Assembly: GCA_023213395.1 (NCBI GenBank)
Contig: CM041465.1
Coordinates: forward strand, 96,169,741-96,233,740
Length of the DNA stretch: 64,000 nt
Direction of reading: 5' to 3'
Source of the DNA: Cycas panzhihuaensis
Taxonomy: Eukaryota > Plantae > Cycadophyta
The stretch's first letter is position 1; every line of letters starts with the position of its first letter. Both the position numbers and the translations under genes were made by a program. Shown here piece by piece: positions 11,363 through 25,561 of this stretch. The notes under the pieces are model-generated. The model worked only from the letters and a program-made list of their open reading frames with translations. It ran no database searches and was not told the DNA's origin.

Positions 11363-14300
11363 TCTTAGAGATCATAGAGAGATATAAGAATGACTAATGA
11401 TTTATTATGAGAGATCACTTACATATATATATAATTACACATTGTAATTAACATGTGTCTAAGAGACACATATCAGACACTTATCTAAAGATACATAAAA
11501 TGGGGTTTTACATAACCCTTGAGTATATATTTTTATATGAAACATTATACTCTAATACCTTCTCTTAATGTTTTATTCTTTTAATCCTATTTTATCTCTA
11601 AGAACTATGAATTTGTATTTCTTAAGGGGATTTATTAAAATATCTATAATTTATTCATTTGTTGAATGGTAGGTTAAATTAATTTCTTTGTTATGCACTT
11701 TTTCTCTTATAAAATCATGATGCACTTCAATGTGTCTTATTCGAGCATGAAGAATAGGATTCTTAGTTAGTCTAATGGTACTTTGATTGTCACATAATAG
11801 GATGGTTGACTCCTTCTATTATTTATCTAAGTCTAATAGTAATTACCTAATGCACAATGCTTTGTAAGTTGTATTGGCTACCAACTTATATTCTGCTTCT
11901 ACCAATTATAGTGCAACTATGGCTTGTCTTTTGCTACTCCAAGAGGCTGTTGTTGATTGAAGAAAGAAATAATAGCCACATATTAGATTTCTTTTTTTTT
12001 TTGTCTCCAACCTAGTTTAAGTCATAGTATCTAATTAGTTTGTTTATTCTTAGTTTTAGATATATGAGCTTTAGGTTTGTTGGTCCCTTTAAATATCTAA
12101 GAATTCTTTTTGTTGCTTTCCACTATCTCACCTTTGGATCCTGTATATACCTTAAAACTAAACTTACTAAATATGAGATATCTAGTCTAGTTATGATGAG
12201 ATATATTAGGCTACTTATTAGTTTCCTATATAATGTTCCATCAACTATAGATTCACCTTCATCTAAAGTAAGATCATGGCCTACTTCCATAGGAGTGATG
12301 CAAATGTTACTTTCTTCCATCTTGAATTTTAATAGAATATTTTTAATGTATCTACTCTGTGACAAGAAAATTGAGTCTTTCTTTTGACTAATTTCTATCC
12401 CTAAATAATAGTTTAATAACCCTAGATTAGTCATTTCAAAGCCAGTTTTTAGTTGTAACCTTATGTTTACTATTAACTCAATATCACTTCCAGTAAGGAT
12501 CATATCATCTATATAAATGGTAATAATTATGATTAGTCCCTATTTCCTTTTTATGTATAAACTAGATGTAGAGTTGCACCTACAAAAACCATTCTAAATA
12601 AGATATTTATCTAATTTTGTATACCAAGCTCTCAGAGCTTATTTTAGCCCATATAATGCCTTTTTTAATTTGCAAACTAGATTTTCTTTCCCATGCTAGA
12701 TAAACTCTTCAAGCTATCTCATGTAGACTTCTTCCTCAAGTTCACCATTTAGGAAGGTGCTTTTTACATCTAATTAGTAAATCTTTTAGTTGTTGTAAGC
12801 TATTAAAACTATTACAACTTGCACTATGTCTAATTTGGCTACTGGTGAGAATGTCTCTTTATAATCTATTCCAATAGTTTAAGTGTATCCTTCAACAACC
12901 AGCATGGCCTTATATTTGCTTATTTTTCCATTAGAACCTTCCTTTATTTTAAATACCTATTTGCAATTCACTATAGGTTTACCTAGAGGTGAATTTACTA
13001 GTTCCCAGTTTTGAATTTAAAAGATTGATTTCATTTCTCCGTTCATAGTTGTCTCCCATTCCTTGTGTCCTTTTACTTCTTTAAATAACTATAGTTCTTT
13101 ATTTATGAACAAATCTTGATGTATTTAACTCCTTATTCTATGGGTATATACATATCCTTTACTTTCTTTAATGGTTTTAAGATACCATCTTAGCATCCTT
13201 TTTTTCTTCTTTTTCTCTTCCTCTTCAGTGTTTATATCTATAAAAGTCAATCCTTCTTCTTCAATTATAGAGATTTCATGAGATGCCCTCTCTGAATCCT
13301 CTATGTCTTTTGAGGTGATTCCAGAGACTTCTTCAATAGGAGGTTCTACTTGTAAAATTCTCTTGGCACCCTCTTCAACTATGTGTCAAACTAATGTGTC
13401 CTTTATGAGATCAACTTCATTAAAAACAACATCCCTACTTATATAGACCTTATTTGTTTTACAGTCTATACATTTGTAGGCCTTTGAATTTTTACTATAA
13501 CCTGCCATTATATATTATATGCTTTTATAATATAGTTTTTATCTCTTTTTATCTAGAATGTAGACAAAAGCTTTGTATCCAAATACTCTTAGATTACTTG
13601 CATCTAGCTTAGTTTTAGTCTAGGCTTCTTCTGGTGTGATTTGCTCTAGGACCTTTGTAAGGCTTCTATTTATAAGGTACCCAACTATGTTAATTACTTT
13701 AACCCAATAAATTCTTGAGATTTAGCTCTCTTTAATCATCCAATGATCTATTTCCATGATCATTCTATTCATTTGTTTAGTAACCTTATTGGACTATGAT
13801 GTGTACAGAGTTATGAGTTGTCTATGTATTCCTTATATCTTACAAAAATTCAAAAATGATTTTGAGATATATTTGCCTCTATTGTCTAATATGACATACT
13901 TTATTTTAACTTTAGACTCTAGCCTAACTTTAGCCTTAATCTCTTTGAACATTTTAAAAACCTCAGTTTTACTATAAAGAAAATAAATCCAAGTTTTCCT
14001 AGAGAAATCATCAATCAATGTCAAAAAATACCTAGTTCCATTAATTGAGCAAGGTGTAAGGGGACTACATAAGTTAGTGTACACTGATTCTAGTTTATTT
14101 TAGGCTTGCCATTCATTTGATTTAAATGGAAAATGATGTTGTTTTCCAAGCATGCAACTTTTGCAAATAAGATGTCGAAATGAGATATTTAGAAGACCAT
14201 TAACCATGTTAGGATTTTATAACTATATTAATGTGTTAGATGAGATATGCCCATACTTCAAATGCCATAATTTATTACTATTAACATTGGTTGTAGTACA

Positions 14301-16562
14301 TGCCTTTACATTGATGGTCATAGGTTTAGAAAGTAACCTATATAAGTCATTAATCTTTATACCTTTTGCAATTATAGCCCCTCCTTTTTCATGTCTAAAA
14401 TATGGCAATATTTATTTTTATTAAAAATAATCCTCAACTTTTCCTTTCTTAGCTAAGAAACAGAGAGAAGATTCTTTTTTAACCTAGGAACAAAGAGTAC
14501 ATTGCTAATTTTTTGTATGCCCCCTTTTTATTTCAATGGCTATGGTGCCAACACCTTTGATATTAGAAGGATGTTTATCCCTTAGTTTAATAGACTTCCT
14601 TGAAGTGTAGTGTTTTAGAGATTCAAAATAATCCTCTCATCTGGTCATGTATCTTGATGCTCTAAAATCAATGTACCACACCTCCTCATCTTCAAGACTT
14701 GATGTAAGTGTAGCAATGAATGCAGTTTCTTCTTCATCTTTATCATCTTATTCCTTGATATAGTTTCATGCAAGCCATTTTCCCTTTTGAAATTTAGCTC
14801 TCCTCTGAGGACATTGATATAGATAGTGCCCAGTTTATCTATAGTGATAAAAAAAGTCAAAGGCTCTATAATTACTAGAAAAATATCTTGGTCTTCCATA
14901 GTTAAAACACACTATGAATTCTCTAGGAGGTATATTGTATCATCATCCTTGATTACCTTGCCATCTTCCATGAGACACGCTTCTTATGTTTGGAGCTCTA
15001 ACATGACCATAAAATTGACCCCTTCATTTGGGTCCTAAATAGAGTTTGGTTACAAAAGTGTCCTCCACCTCCATCATGTCTCCATACCATTTATTTCTTT
15101 GTTCTTGTCTCAACAACAATCCTATTAATATATCAAGTGTCAAATTTAAAATTAATCAGTGATTGTATTAATTGTAATATCAAATGATCTTAAGAGCTTG
15201 CTTGTTACCATTTCAACTATATCTTACTCTTCTATCTTTGCTTTTGTACTTAACAAATTGTTCTTAATCGAAATAAATTTATTAAGAAACTTTAAAATTA
15301 TTAGTTTCCTTCATATATAATTTAAACAAAACTTCTTTCAATGTTATGATTTGAGCCCTATTTTTTTGACCATATATATTTTTAAATATTTTCCAAACTT
15401 CTAAAGATGAATTTAAATTTTTAACATAAACAAGAGGCATATCTGAAATAAAGAGCTTTAATATGATTAAGCATGTATTATCTCTTTCTTCCCAACTAAA
15501 GAGGTCTATGTCGTCATTAGCAAGTTTTTCCTCTAGACCTGTGGCTATTTTCCATGTATTTTTAGCTCTTGGCAAAGTTTCTATTTTAGTTTTCCATACA
15601 TGATAATTGGAAGCAATAAGTTTGTCTTAATCTGATAAGGCCTAAATAGTGGAAGCCATTTTAAATCTTTAAAATTAAAGTTTGATGCCTGAGATAAGCC
15701 CTGTCTATATAGTTATATAGATTTTCATATGAAAATAAGGGTGTATGGAATACTATAGAAACTACCTTAAAATAACAAGCTTCAAGAGATGATTTTAGAT
15801 CTGTATTTATTTTCTAAAAATTATTTTTCAAATGTAAGAAAATATGCTTAAAAGATTTAAATGGGAAGTTAAGGTTTAAATGAAAAATGCTCTTAACTCA
15901 TCAAATATTTAGAAAAATACAACAAAGATGGATTTAATCTCTATAATAATGAGACAAATAGATCAAGATTGATTTTACCTAGTCTTTTGAAGAAATTTTG
16001 AAAAAAAATGAGATTGAAGCTTTAAACCCATGCAGTTATAAAATTAGGTAAAGCTCCCTCTAAATGGATCTAAATGACCTCATGCCAGAAAAGAAAAATG
16101 ATCTTTGTAATGAGATCATCTTACTGGTCAAGTTTTGTTGAAATATAAGCACTTTGAATTTTCTATGTTTATATAAATCCATATGGGTCTATATAATTCT
16201 ATACAAAATTAAATTCTGTAATCTCCTTCCTCTTCTATCAAAATCTGAGCTTGTCCTTTTCTTTCTTAAATTCCTGATGTAATTTATCCTTATTCATACT
16301 CTAGAGTTCTTCTCATGACATATAGATTATCTTTGTCTAACAAGCAGGCTAGCCTTCTTTGATACTATATTAGAGATCAGAGAGAGATACAATAATGACT
16401 GATGATTTATTATGAGAGATCACTTACATATATATACGATTATACATTGTAACTGATAGGTGTCTAAGAGACATGTGTTAGATAATTATCTAAAGATATA
16501 TAAATTAGGGTTTTACATGACCCTTAAATACATATTTCTAGATGAAACATTATACTCTAATA
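11363..16562 (-). mobile_element. Copia-2: full-length Ty1/Copia element, decayed
   Basis: 195-bp LTRs at 11363-11557 and 16368-16562, TSD gctta/gcttc, degenerate iMet PBS (reverse complement ctttgatacta) just before 16368, PPT complement ccttctcttaa after 11557. Confidence 0.93.
11567..15659 (-). pseudogene. Copia-2 gag-pol
   Basis: ORF pieces LWHLKYGHIS (GAG-pre-integrase), YFLTLIDDFSRKTWIYFL (INT), FEMTNLGLLNYYLGIEI (RT) and a gag UBN2-like piece. Confidence 0.93.
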
Positions 16563-16567
16563 GCTTC

Positions 16568-17369
16568 TATTAGCTCATGATCATCTTTCATCAACTAATT
16601 CCTAAATTATCAAATCTTCATCTCACTCCTATGACCAATTGAAGAATGTTATGCTTATTGATCTCTTTTGCTTAGATCATTTTAAGAATGATAAAGCAAT
16701 CCTCGAGTATGTATCAAGATTTATACCTAGTCTTCCATCTCACTACCATAAGTTAGGTTTTTCAAAACTAATACATTCAGATTCACTATTAGATACCCAC
16801 TCTTAATCTAAGGAATTATTTACCTTGGTGGAACCTTCTCCTCCTCATTTTAAAGAAGGAAATACTATGCTCATAGGAGAAATAATTGACATTGACTTGG
16901 AGTTAGGAGAAACTCCAAGGATTATTAAAGTTAGGGCTAATTATTCCCTTGAAGAGATCTCCTTGTTTAAAGATCTATTTCGAGAATTCAATTCTATTTT
17001 TTCTTGGGATTATAGTGATATGCATGGCCTTCATCTTGATATTGTTATACATAATATCACTATTATCCCTAGCACTAAGCTTAAGTAATAGAGGTAAAGG
17101 CCTATACAACCATGTATCTCCATCACTGTTAAAAAGGAAGTTGAGAAATTAGTGAAAGTTATATTTATTGAAGGTGTGGACTATTCTTAATGGGTTTCAA
17201 ACATAGTTCTAGCAGCTAAAAGGAATGGATTTATCTGAATATACATTAACTTTTGAGATATTAATGACACTTGTATCAAAGAAAATTTTTCTCTTTTCGT
17301 TATATCTCTCATGGATGGTTTTTCTAGGTATAATCAAATTCTTATCTCATCCTAAGGTCATCATAAAAT
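16568..17369 (+). pseudogene. Tat-A linker and RT N-terminal half
   Basis: IFSWDYSDMHGL..IVIHNI, WVSNIV, SLMDGF.RYNQI and HHK. A short deletion lies near 17298. Confidence 0.88.
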
Positions 17370-17759
17370 TATTAGTATCAAGGAGTAGAGCAGGAGGATT
17401 ACAAGTGTCATATAATCTTCTCAAAGTGAATAATAATTCTAAATATTAAGTAGCAGTGTTAAAAACACCAACGAGGTATTCCCCACCTATAAATAGAATT
17501 TTGGGGAGGTGACAAGTGCCTCAACCTAACTTTAGTTGATATTTAAATAAGTATTAAAATATTAATCACATGAATAAAATAACATACCTATGGTGGCCAT
17601 GGTGGCTCTATGTCAGTTGTAAGTGGTTACTTGGTGGCATTAGATGGCCTGAGATGACTTTTGGAGACTCAAGGTGCCATTGAGAAGCCCAAGGTGGTCA
17701 CACATACTTCTAAATTGGGCATTATCCCAATATTCTCCCCCATAATGGCCAATGTATAG

Positions 17760-20700
17760 AACTCCTACCTTGTCTCTAAATTTTTAAAATTTGATCTTAC
17801 CCAAAGCTTTTGTGAAGATGTTTGCTTCTTAATCTTCGGTGTTGTAATATGATAATTCTATTTCACTTGCTTGTACTAGCTCTTGAATAAAATGGTGATG
17901 TGTCTTGATGTGCTTTATTCTACTATGAAATACTAGGTTCATTATCATCTATATTGTGCTCTGATTATTACACCAAATTCTTGTAGGCTCTTTGTATTCT
18001 AACTAAAAATCTTGTAATAGTCTTCTTAACCAAACTATTTCATATGTACTAGAGGTTTCTACTTTATATTCTACTTCAACTGTAGATAAAGAGATTGTAT
18101 TTTACTTTTTGGTGCTCTAAGCTATGGCTGCCAAACCTATACTGAAAGTAAACCTGAAGTGGATTTTTTATCATTGATGTCACCTACCCAACCTAAATCT
18201 ATATATCCTATTAACTTAAAGTTTGATAAAGCTTTATAATACAAATCATATTCTACAGTGCCTTTAAAATACTATAGAATCCTTTTGGCTACTTGCTAAT
18301 GAGTAGTCTTAGGGTCTTGCATGAATCTAGATACTGCGCTGACTAAATGTATTATGTCTGGTCGAGTGGAAGTTAAGTAAATAAAAATACTAATTAATTA
18401 TCTATAAAGTGTAGGATCAATAAGTGCATAATCATCTAGTTTGGATAGCTTGATTCATATTTTTTCTAGAGTTACTTAATTTTTGTAATCGATCATCCTG
18501 AACTTTTGTAGTAAATCTAAGGTATATTTCCTTTAGGAGATGAAGATACTATTTTTGTTTTATCATACTTCCAAACCTAGGAAGTAATACATTAATCCCA
18601 AATCTATCATTTCAAATTCTTTACACATGGCTTCCTTAAAGTTTTACAAAAGATGAGGGTTATTTTTAGTATAGACAAGATCATCTATGTAGAGTCCCAA
18701 AATTAGAATAGAATCTCCTTTGATTTTAATGTATAGATTTGGATATGATTGAGACCTTCAAAGCCTTGATCTTTAAAATATTTATCAATGCAGGAATACC
18801 AAGCCCTGGGTGATTGCTTTAAACTATAAAATGCCTTTTTAGGTTTATATACTTTCTCTTCTTCTTCCCTAACTTCAAAATCGAAGGTTTGAGAGACATA
18901 ATCTTCTTCAATATACTCATTAAGGAAAACACTTTTGACATCTATTTGATAAACCTTCCATCATATTTATGTTGACAAACTCATCGCCATGCAAACAGTT
19001 TCCATTCATGTAATAGGGGTAAATGTCTCATTATAATTAATACCTTTTCTTTATGGATAACCTTTGGTTATCAATCTAGCTTTATATTTGTCGATTGATT
19101 TATTAGAGTAGAACTTGGTTTTATTAATCCACTTAGTACCAATTGCCCTTTTATTGGGAGGTAAGTTAACCAATTCCCAAGTATCATTCTTAACAATGGA
19201 ATGATATTCTTCTTCCATTGCCTTTCTCCAAGAGGCATGTGTATTGGCCTTATCAAAGGTTTGAGGCTTATAGAACTCCAAAACTTTACTCATGAGGATA
19301 ATATTTACCCTATGTGAGTAAGTAGATCTTCGATTATTATCTAGGATGTTACCCATATTGTGATTCCTTTGAACCCGTTTTGTAAGACAATGTGGTGGAG
19401 GTTGAGAAGAGGTTCCCTCCCCACTTGGTTGATCAAGGACTCATCTAGAGTCAAACATGGGAGGCATATATCTTAACTTCATGGAGGTGTCAATATTGAT
19501 TATTACTTCTTTTCTCTTTTCTTGATCATCATGACAGTAAGCATCTTCTTCGAACTTTACAACTCTACTTACCATAACCTTATTTAACTTAGGATCATAG
19601 ACCTTATATGATTTATAAGTTTCACTATAACTAAGAAATATACACATAATACTATGGTCATCTAATTTGGATCTTCTTTGATTAGGTACATGTGCATAGG
19701 TTAAGCACCCAAAAACTCCTAAATGATGGATGTTTGGCGTGTAACCTATCTAAGCTTCTTTAGGTGTCTTCCACCTTAGGGCTTTAGTACAACACCTATT
19801 AAGGAGATAAACAGATATATGTACTACTTCTATCCAAAATTCATATCCTAAATTTTTATCTTTCAACATGCACCTTGCCATTTCTCAAATGGTATGAGTT
19901 TTCCTTTTGGTTATACCATTTTGTTGTGGGATATAGGGATTTGTGAGTTGTCTTCTTATCCCATGATATACGTAATATGCCTTAAATTCATTAGAGTTGA
20001 ATTCTACCACATTATTTGATCTCAGTGAGAGAGGTTTATACCAACGTTATCACTCTACAAAGGTTTTGAAGTTAACAAAGTATTGGAAGGCATCAAATTT
20101 AAACTTTAGGAAGAATACCCAAGTCTTCCTAGTATATTCATCAATAAATGTGATAAAGTAACGTGCACCTACTAATGAGGGAACATCCATAGGACCACAA
20201 ATATCTGTATAGACTAGTTGAAGTGATCTTGATGCTCGATAGCTATAATCTAGAAAACTTTCTTTATGTTGTTTGCCAAGTAAGCATCCCTTACATATGG
20301 TTTTACCCACTTTAATGCTGGGCAACCCATTAACCATATCCATCCTTTTCATTAAGGCCAAACTGTTATAGTTTAGGTGTCTAAATCTCCTATGCTATAA
20401 GTCACTATCTAATTTAATTATGGTTCTTAAGGCATAAGTATCTATGAAGTAAATACAAGTTTGAAGAGTCTATCCTTTGTCATTTTACCTTTTACAACAA
20501 CTACCTTATTTCTTCTCTTGTCTTTAATTGTACATTCATCATTATCAAAGATAACCTTGTAATCTTGATCCATCATTTTCCCTACTAATAGTAGATTTTT
20601 CTTTAAAGCAAGAATATATAATACATCATCAAGGTGTCCATATTCTCTTATATTTGTCATGAGAGCAATATTTCCTCTACCAATTGATTCATGGGATGTG

Positions 20701-21973
20701 TCATCACTAAATATTATTGATCCTCTTTTTATTTTATCCAAGGTGAGGAATAAATGCTTCTTATGTGTCATGTGAGTGGAGCAACCTAAATCAATATACT
20801 AATTATCATCTTCTTCTACTTGGTCAATATAGTTGGATAAGAAAAGCCTATTATTATCCCTTGTTTCAATTGTGGTATTTATACTACCTTTTTTGGGTGG
20901 TCCATATTTTAAAAAATAATTATCTTCTATATGACTACTACGATTGCAATAGGTATAGTATAGTGTATCTCTTCTCCCATAACTTACACTTCAACTATGA
21001 GGATAGGGTCTTTGTATATGGGATGATCTTTCTCTTTCCTCATAATAGGGGACTTGATTGTCCCTTGGTCTATTATCATAATAATTCAGATTTGACCTTT
21101 GATCTTAAATATTTCTATGGTAATTTGGGTAATATGGATGTGACTCAGGTTGTTTCTCCTAATTTTAATACTTAGGAGGATTGACATTCCTTTGGTTTGC
21201 TCCTTGTCTCCTTTGGTGAAGAGTTTGATATTTAGGTGGTGGATCTTGATGCGTGTCCCTTCTAGAATTTCTATCTCTTCTTTTGAGAGATAGTTCTCTA
21301 GACTTTGATCTACCATCTTGAGAATGATATTGGATTCTTCCCTTGGTAAGAAAAGCATGCTCAAGGGATTTATTTATGTTTTGTTATTCTTCAATTGTTA
21401 TTAACAAAGCACTTAGTTATTCCACCTTAAGGGTACTTAGGTCTTTGGATACCCCTATGCTTGTTGCTCCTATTTCAAATCTTCTTATAGCACCTACACA
21501 TCTCAAGATCCTTTCCACTACTCTTTGTTCTATCAATGTATTTCCAAGTGATCTCATTTGGTTAACTATGTCTTGTATCTTAGTCATAAATTATGTCATA
21601 GATTCTATTGGCATCATACATAAATTTTAAATTTGCTTCTCAAATTTTGAAGTTTAGAAGATTCAACTCCTTCATAGATTAATTGTAGGGTATCCCATGC
21701 TTCCTTTGACTTTGTAGACTCACTAACTATTAAGAAAATATGATCTTCCAATGCATAAAATATGAGGGCAAGAGCTTTGTTATCCTTTTTAACATTTTCC
21801 TTATAGGCTACCTTTTCAACATCTGTGGCATTCTTACCTAATTCACTGTAACTGGTTCTCACAATCTCTCACATATCATTAGTGATAAGGATGGGTCTCA
21901 TCCTTATACTCTAATTTAGAAAGTTATTACCATTAAACTTATGGATAATCATGTTTCTAAAGCTTATTACCAT
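17760..21973 (-). pseudogene. Copia-3 gag-pol
   Basis: KKDNKALALIF (gag), LVYTDICGPM..YFITFIDEYTRKTWV (INT), DTWELVNLP..YKARL (RT). Confidence 0.94.
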
Positions 21974-24282
21974 CTCTTAACTAGGTTTTGAAAAAATTTC
22001 TATAGATAGAGTGAATTTTTTAAAATGTTTAGGTTTAAAAAATTAACCGAAAAATAATGTTTAAGGTTTTTCCTAAAGTTTTATAAGTGTCCTAGTCCCT
22101 AATGAGGCTTCTAGGCTCTAAGTCTAAGGGTCTCTAAGGGAAACCTTTAGTTGTTATCTTATCTAGTGGTGCCTGCCCATAAGTGGCATAATAAGAACCT
22201 AATATACTTGTACATAAGCTCTAGGTTTGATATACCTTAGTATGCAGGATGATAAAAAAGTTATTACACCTCCCCTAAATTGTTTCTCTACCTATGTTTG
22301 CCTAGCAACAGATCTAGTGGTGAAGGTTTTACAAACCAAGGTACTCACCATCTCCAAGTCTAGCCTTAAACTTTAAACTCCAAAAATAATAGGTTTTCCA
22401 TCTTAGCTTACCACCTAATACACCTTATAGCCAATAAAGTTCCTCATCCAATATAAGTAGGCTAATTGGCATGTGCATGGTAGTAACTTCAGGGGTCCTA
22501 ATCATTCCCCTTACAAGGCTAAAAAAAGTGTCATAAATTTGAGATATTATCTTAATTAATGTGAAAAAAAAAATTAGTTAGATATTCTCTTGCTTAATCT
22601 TACAAGTATTCCTTTTAAATAAGAAATGAAATGAAATAAAAGAAATCTTAAGTAAGATGAAATATCTTAATTGAAAGTATCATGCAATACTTCATATCAA
22701 GTCGCTATGAAAATAAAGTAAGATGATCAAGATATTTTCTTTTTAAATGAACCAAAAGAATGAATGCTAATATGAAATATAATATTTTCTGAATTGAGAT
22801 ACTCTTTATAAAAGTAAATAAGAAACTATATGCATTGGTCTAATGTGATGCAATGAATCAATAGAATCCTTAATATTTGAATGCTCTTTAACTTTAGAAT
22901 ATTTAAATAAACTTTAAAGTGAAAAATGATCAAAGGAACTTGTAACTATGCTCTTTTAAAGTTCTTTTCAAGCTAAAGAAAGAAAATACCTTTGATATAA
23001 GTAAGAAAGCTTCTTGACTAATATACCAAAGAATGTTGTAAGGAGTCTTTGTAAATTAAATGATAAGAATGTTTCTTTCTGAATTTATAAATAACTAGGT
23101 AAATCTTGAGATTCTAAGAAGATATAATACTTGAAATAATTAAATATACTCAAAAATTAGTCTATACTCGAATGAAAATGTAACAATAAGATAAACGATC
23201 AAAATAAGTAGTACCAATTTAACGTATTACTCCACATAGGCTTCTTGACCTTTAAGAAGATAAAATTGATGCTAAAGGCTATAAATCACTTGTAATCTTA
23301 TGAAAAAACTAACAAATATCTTTAAGAAACTAATTAGTAGTAAATAATACTCAAATAGAATTAATTTAGATGAAAAAATTACTCAAAAGTATTACAAAAT
23401 ATGCCTATTTAGGGCTAAACTAAAGCCTTAACTTGAGGAGATTTAAAGACATATAAAATAGTGTCAAAATAAGATGAAATTAATTCCAATACATAGATCT
23501 CTAAAAATACTTTTTGTCAGTTCTTGCAATTTGGGAAACAAAGCTATAACAGTCAAGTTATTGAAAAAATAGTGAACAAACCTCCTTTTGACAAGTGAAG
23601 TGAGTATTAAAAAGAATGTCAACTTTGACTAATTTAAATACCATTGAAACAGACTTAAATTAAACAAATGATGGTACCAAGTTGAAGAGCACTGAAATAC
23701 AAATCCAACTAGATTAGTTTTGTAGAAAATTACCATCTAGTAGAAAGTTATAATAAAAAGAGTGAGAGGTCCTCTTTATATATTAATGAAATGAAATTTT
23801 AGAAAGAAAATGCAATAGGCCATTTTAGTCAAAAGGAGTAGGGTCACATGGAACCTAATATGACCACCGACTATTACACAAAGGGGGATCTAGAATCGAA
23901 ATATTATAAAATTTACTTAAATCCTTTAAAAAATAAAGAAAATAAAAAAAGATTAATTTCTTTTTTAAATCTACCCATTTTGTGATAAATCCACGGTTAT
24001 ATGGATTCAAAGTGACTGTCGGTTAGGGTCAAAGGGTGGTTAATGTTAATCGAATAACTAAATTTCAAAGAAAGATTAAAACAAATTAAATGTATATTAA
24101 ACTGTAATAAAAAATAAGAATTATCAATTATATTAGTCATTATTCTAGTGCGACCTACACAGAGGAGTAAAACCAAATGAAAATCATTAAAAGATGATCA
24201 AAAACTATTCAATCCATAATCTACGGGAAGGACACCTCCAGTATATGGATCACCTAAATTAGATTGATCTAGAAAATAATGA

Positions 24283-24473
<191 letters not shown>

Positions 24474-24628
24474 AAAAGAAAAGAAAAAAGGGCAAACATA
24501 GAACAAACAAATAGTGAGAATAGGTGATCAGAAATTGATCAAAATGCATTGGAGTCTGATTGAAATTGATCCAAAGAGATTGGAATCTATCTACTAAGGG
24601 AACTAAAGATTCATCAATTAAAAAAACT

Positions 24629-24666
<38 letters not shown>

Positions 24667-24676
24667 GATATATATA
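24629..24676. repeat. Imperfect (TA)n microsatellite
   Basis: Seen directly. Confidence 0.95.
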
Positions 24677-25561
24677 ATTTGATAAAAGATGTTGAAAAAA
24701 AATAATGGGAATGTTGAATGATTCAGTGAGCTCAATCTCTCCATAGAGGGAATGGATTGAGATAAGACTTTAGGGGAAGTTGGATATCATCAATGGCAAG
24801 GCATTGGTCAAGTTTCATGCTAAACAATTTCTCATAGGCTGAGAATGGAGAAGCATAGCAGAGTGGTCCACAATACACTAGATGAGACTTAGAGAGGAAT
24901 TTCTCTAAGTAAGAGAGATGAAATTTCAAACGATCTTCACTGTTAAATAGAGGAATTAATCATGATCAGAATGAATGGTCATATGATACAGTTCTGATCA
25001 ATGTATAAGTTATAACAGTAAGATGAAAATCAAGTATATATTTTCTTCATAAATTAAATATGAATATAAATAAATCCTATATCATATTCAATAGTTTTAT
25101 AATGTTAATGTTTAATAAATCAAAAATATCATAGATGTACTAAGAATGCAGCCATAAATCTCATGAGTACCAATTGAACCAAGCTTTGATACCATATATT
25201 GGCATCAAGGAGCAGAGTGGGAGGATTACAAGTGTCACATCATCTTTTCAAAGTTAATAATAATTCTAAATATTGAGTGGCAGTGTTAAAAAATACCAAG
25301 GAGGTATTCCCCACCTATAAATAGAATTTTGGGGAGGTGACAAGAACCTCAACCTAACTTTAGTTGAAAATTCAAATAAATATTAAAACATTAAATAGAT
25401 GAATAAAATAGCATACCTATAGTGGTTGTGGCAGCTCCATGTCAGCTGTAGGCAGTTGCTTGGTAGCATTAGGTGGCCTAAAGTAACTTTTGGAGGCTCA
25501 ATATGCCATTGAGGGACCTAAGGTAGTCACACATACTTCTAAATTTATCATTATCCTAACA

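Noticed and set aside
16399-16405. CTGATGA in the Copia-2 LTR as a hammerhead (retrozyme) core
   Set aside because: No stem II or GAAA follows, and the other LTR reads CTAATGA.
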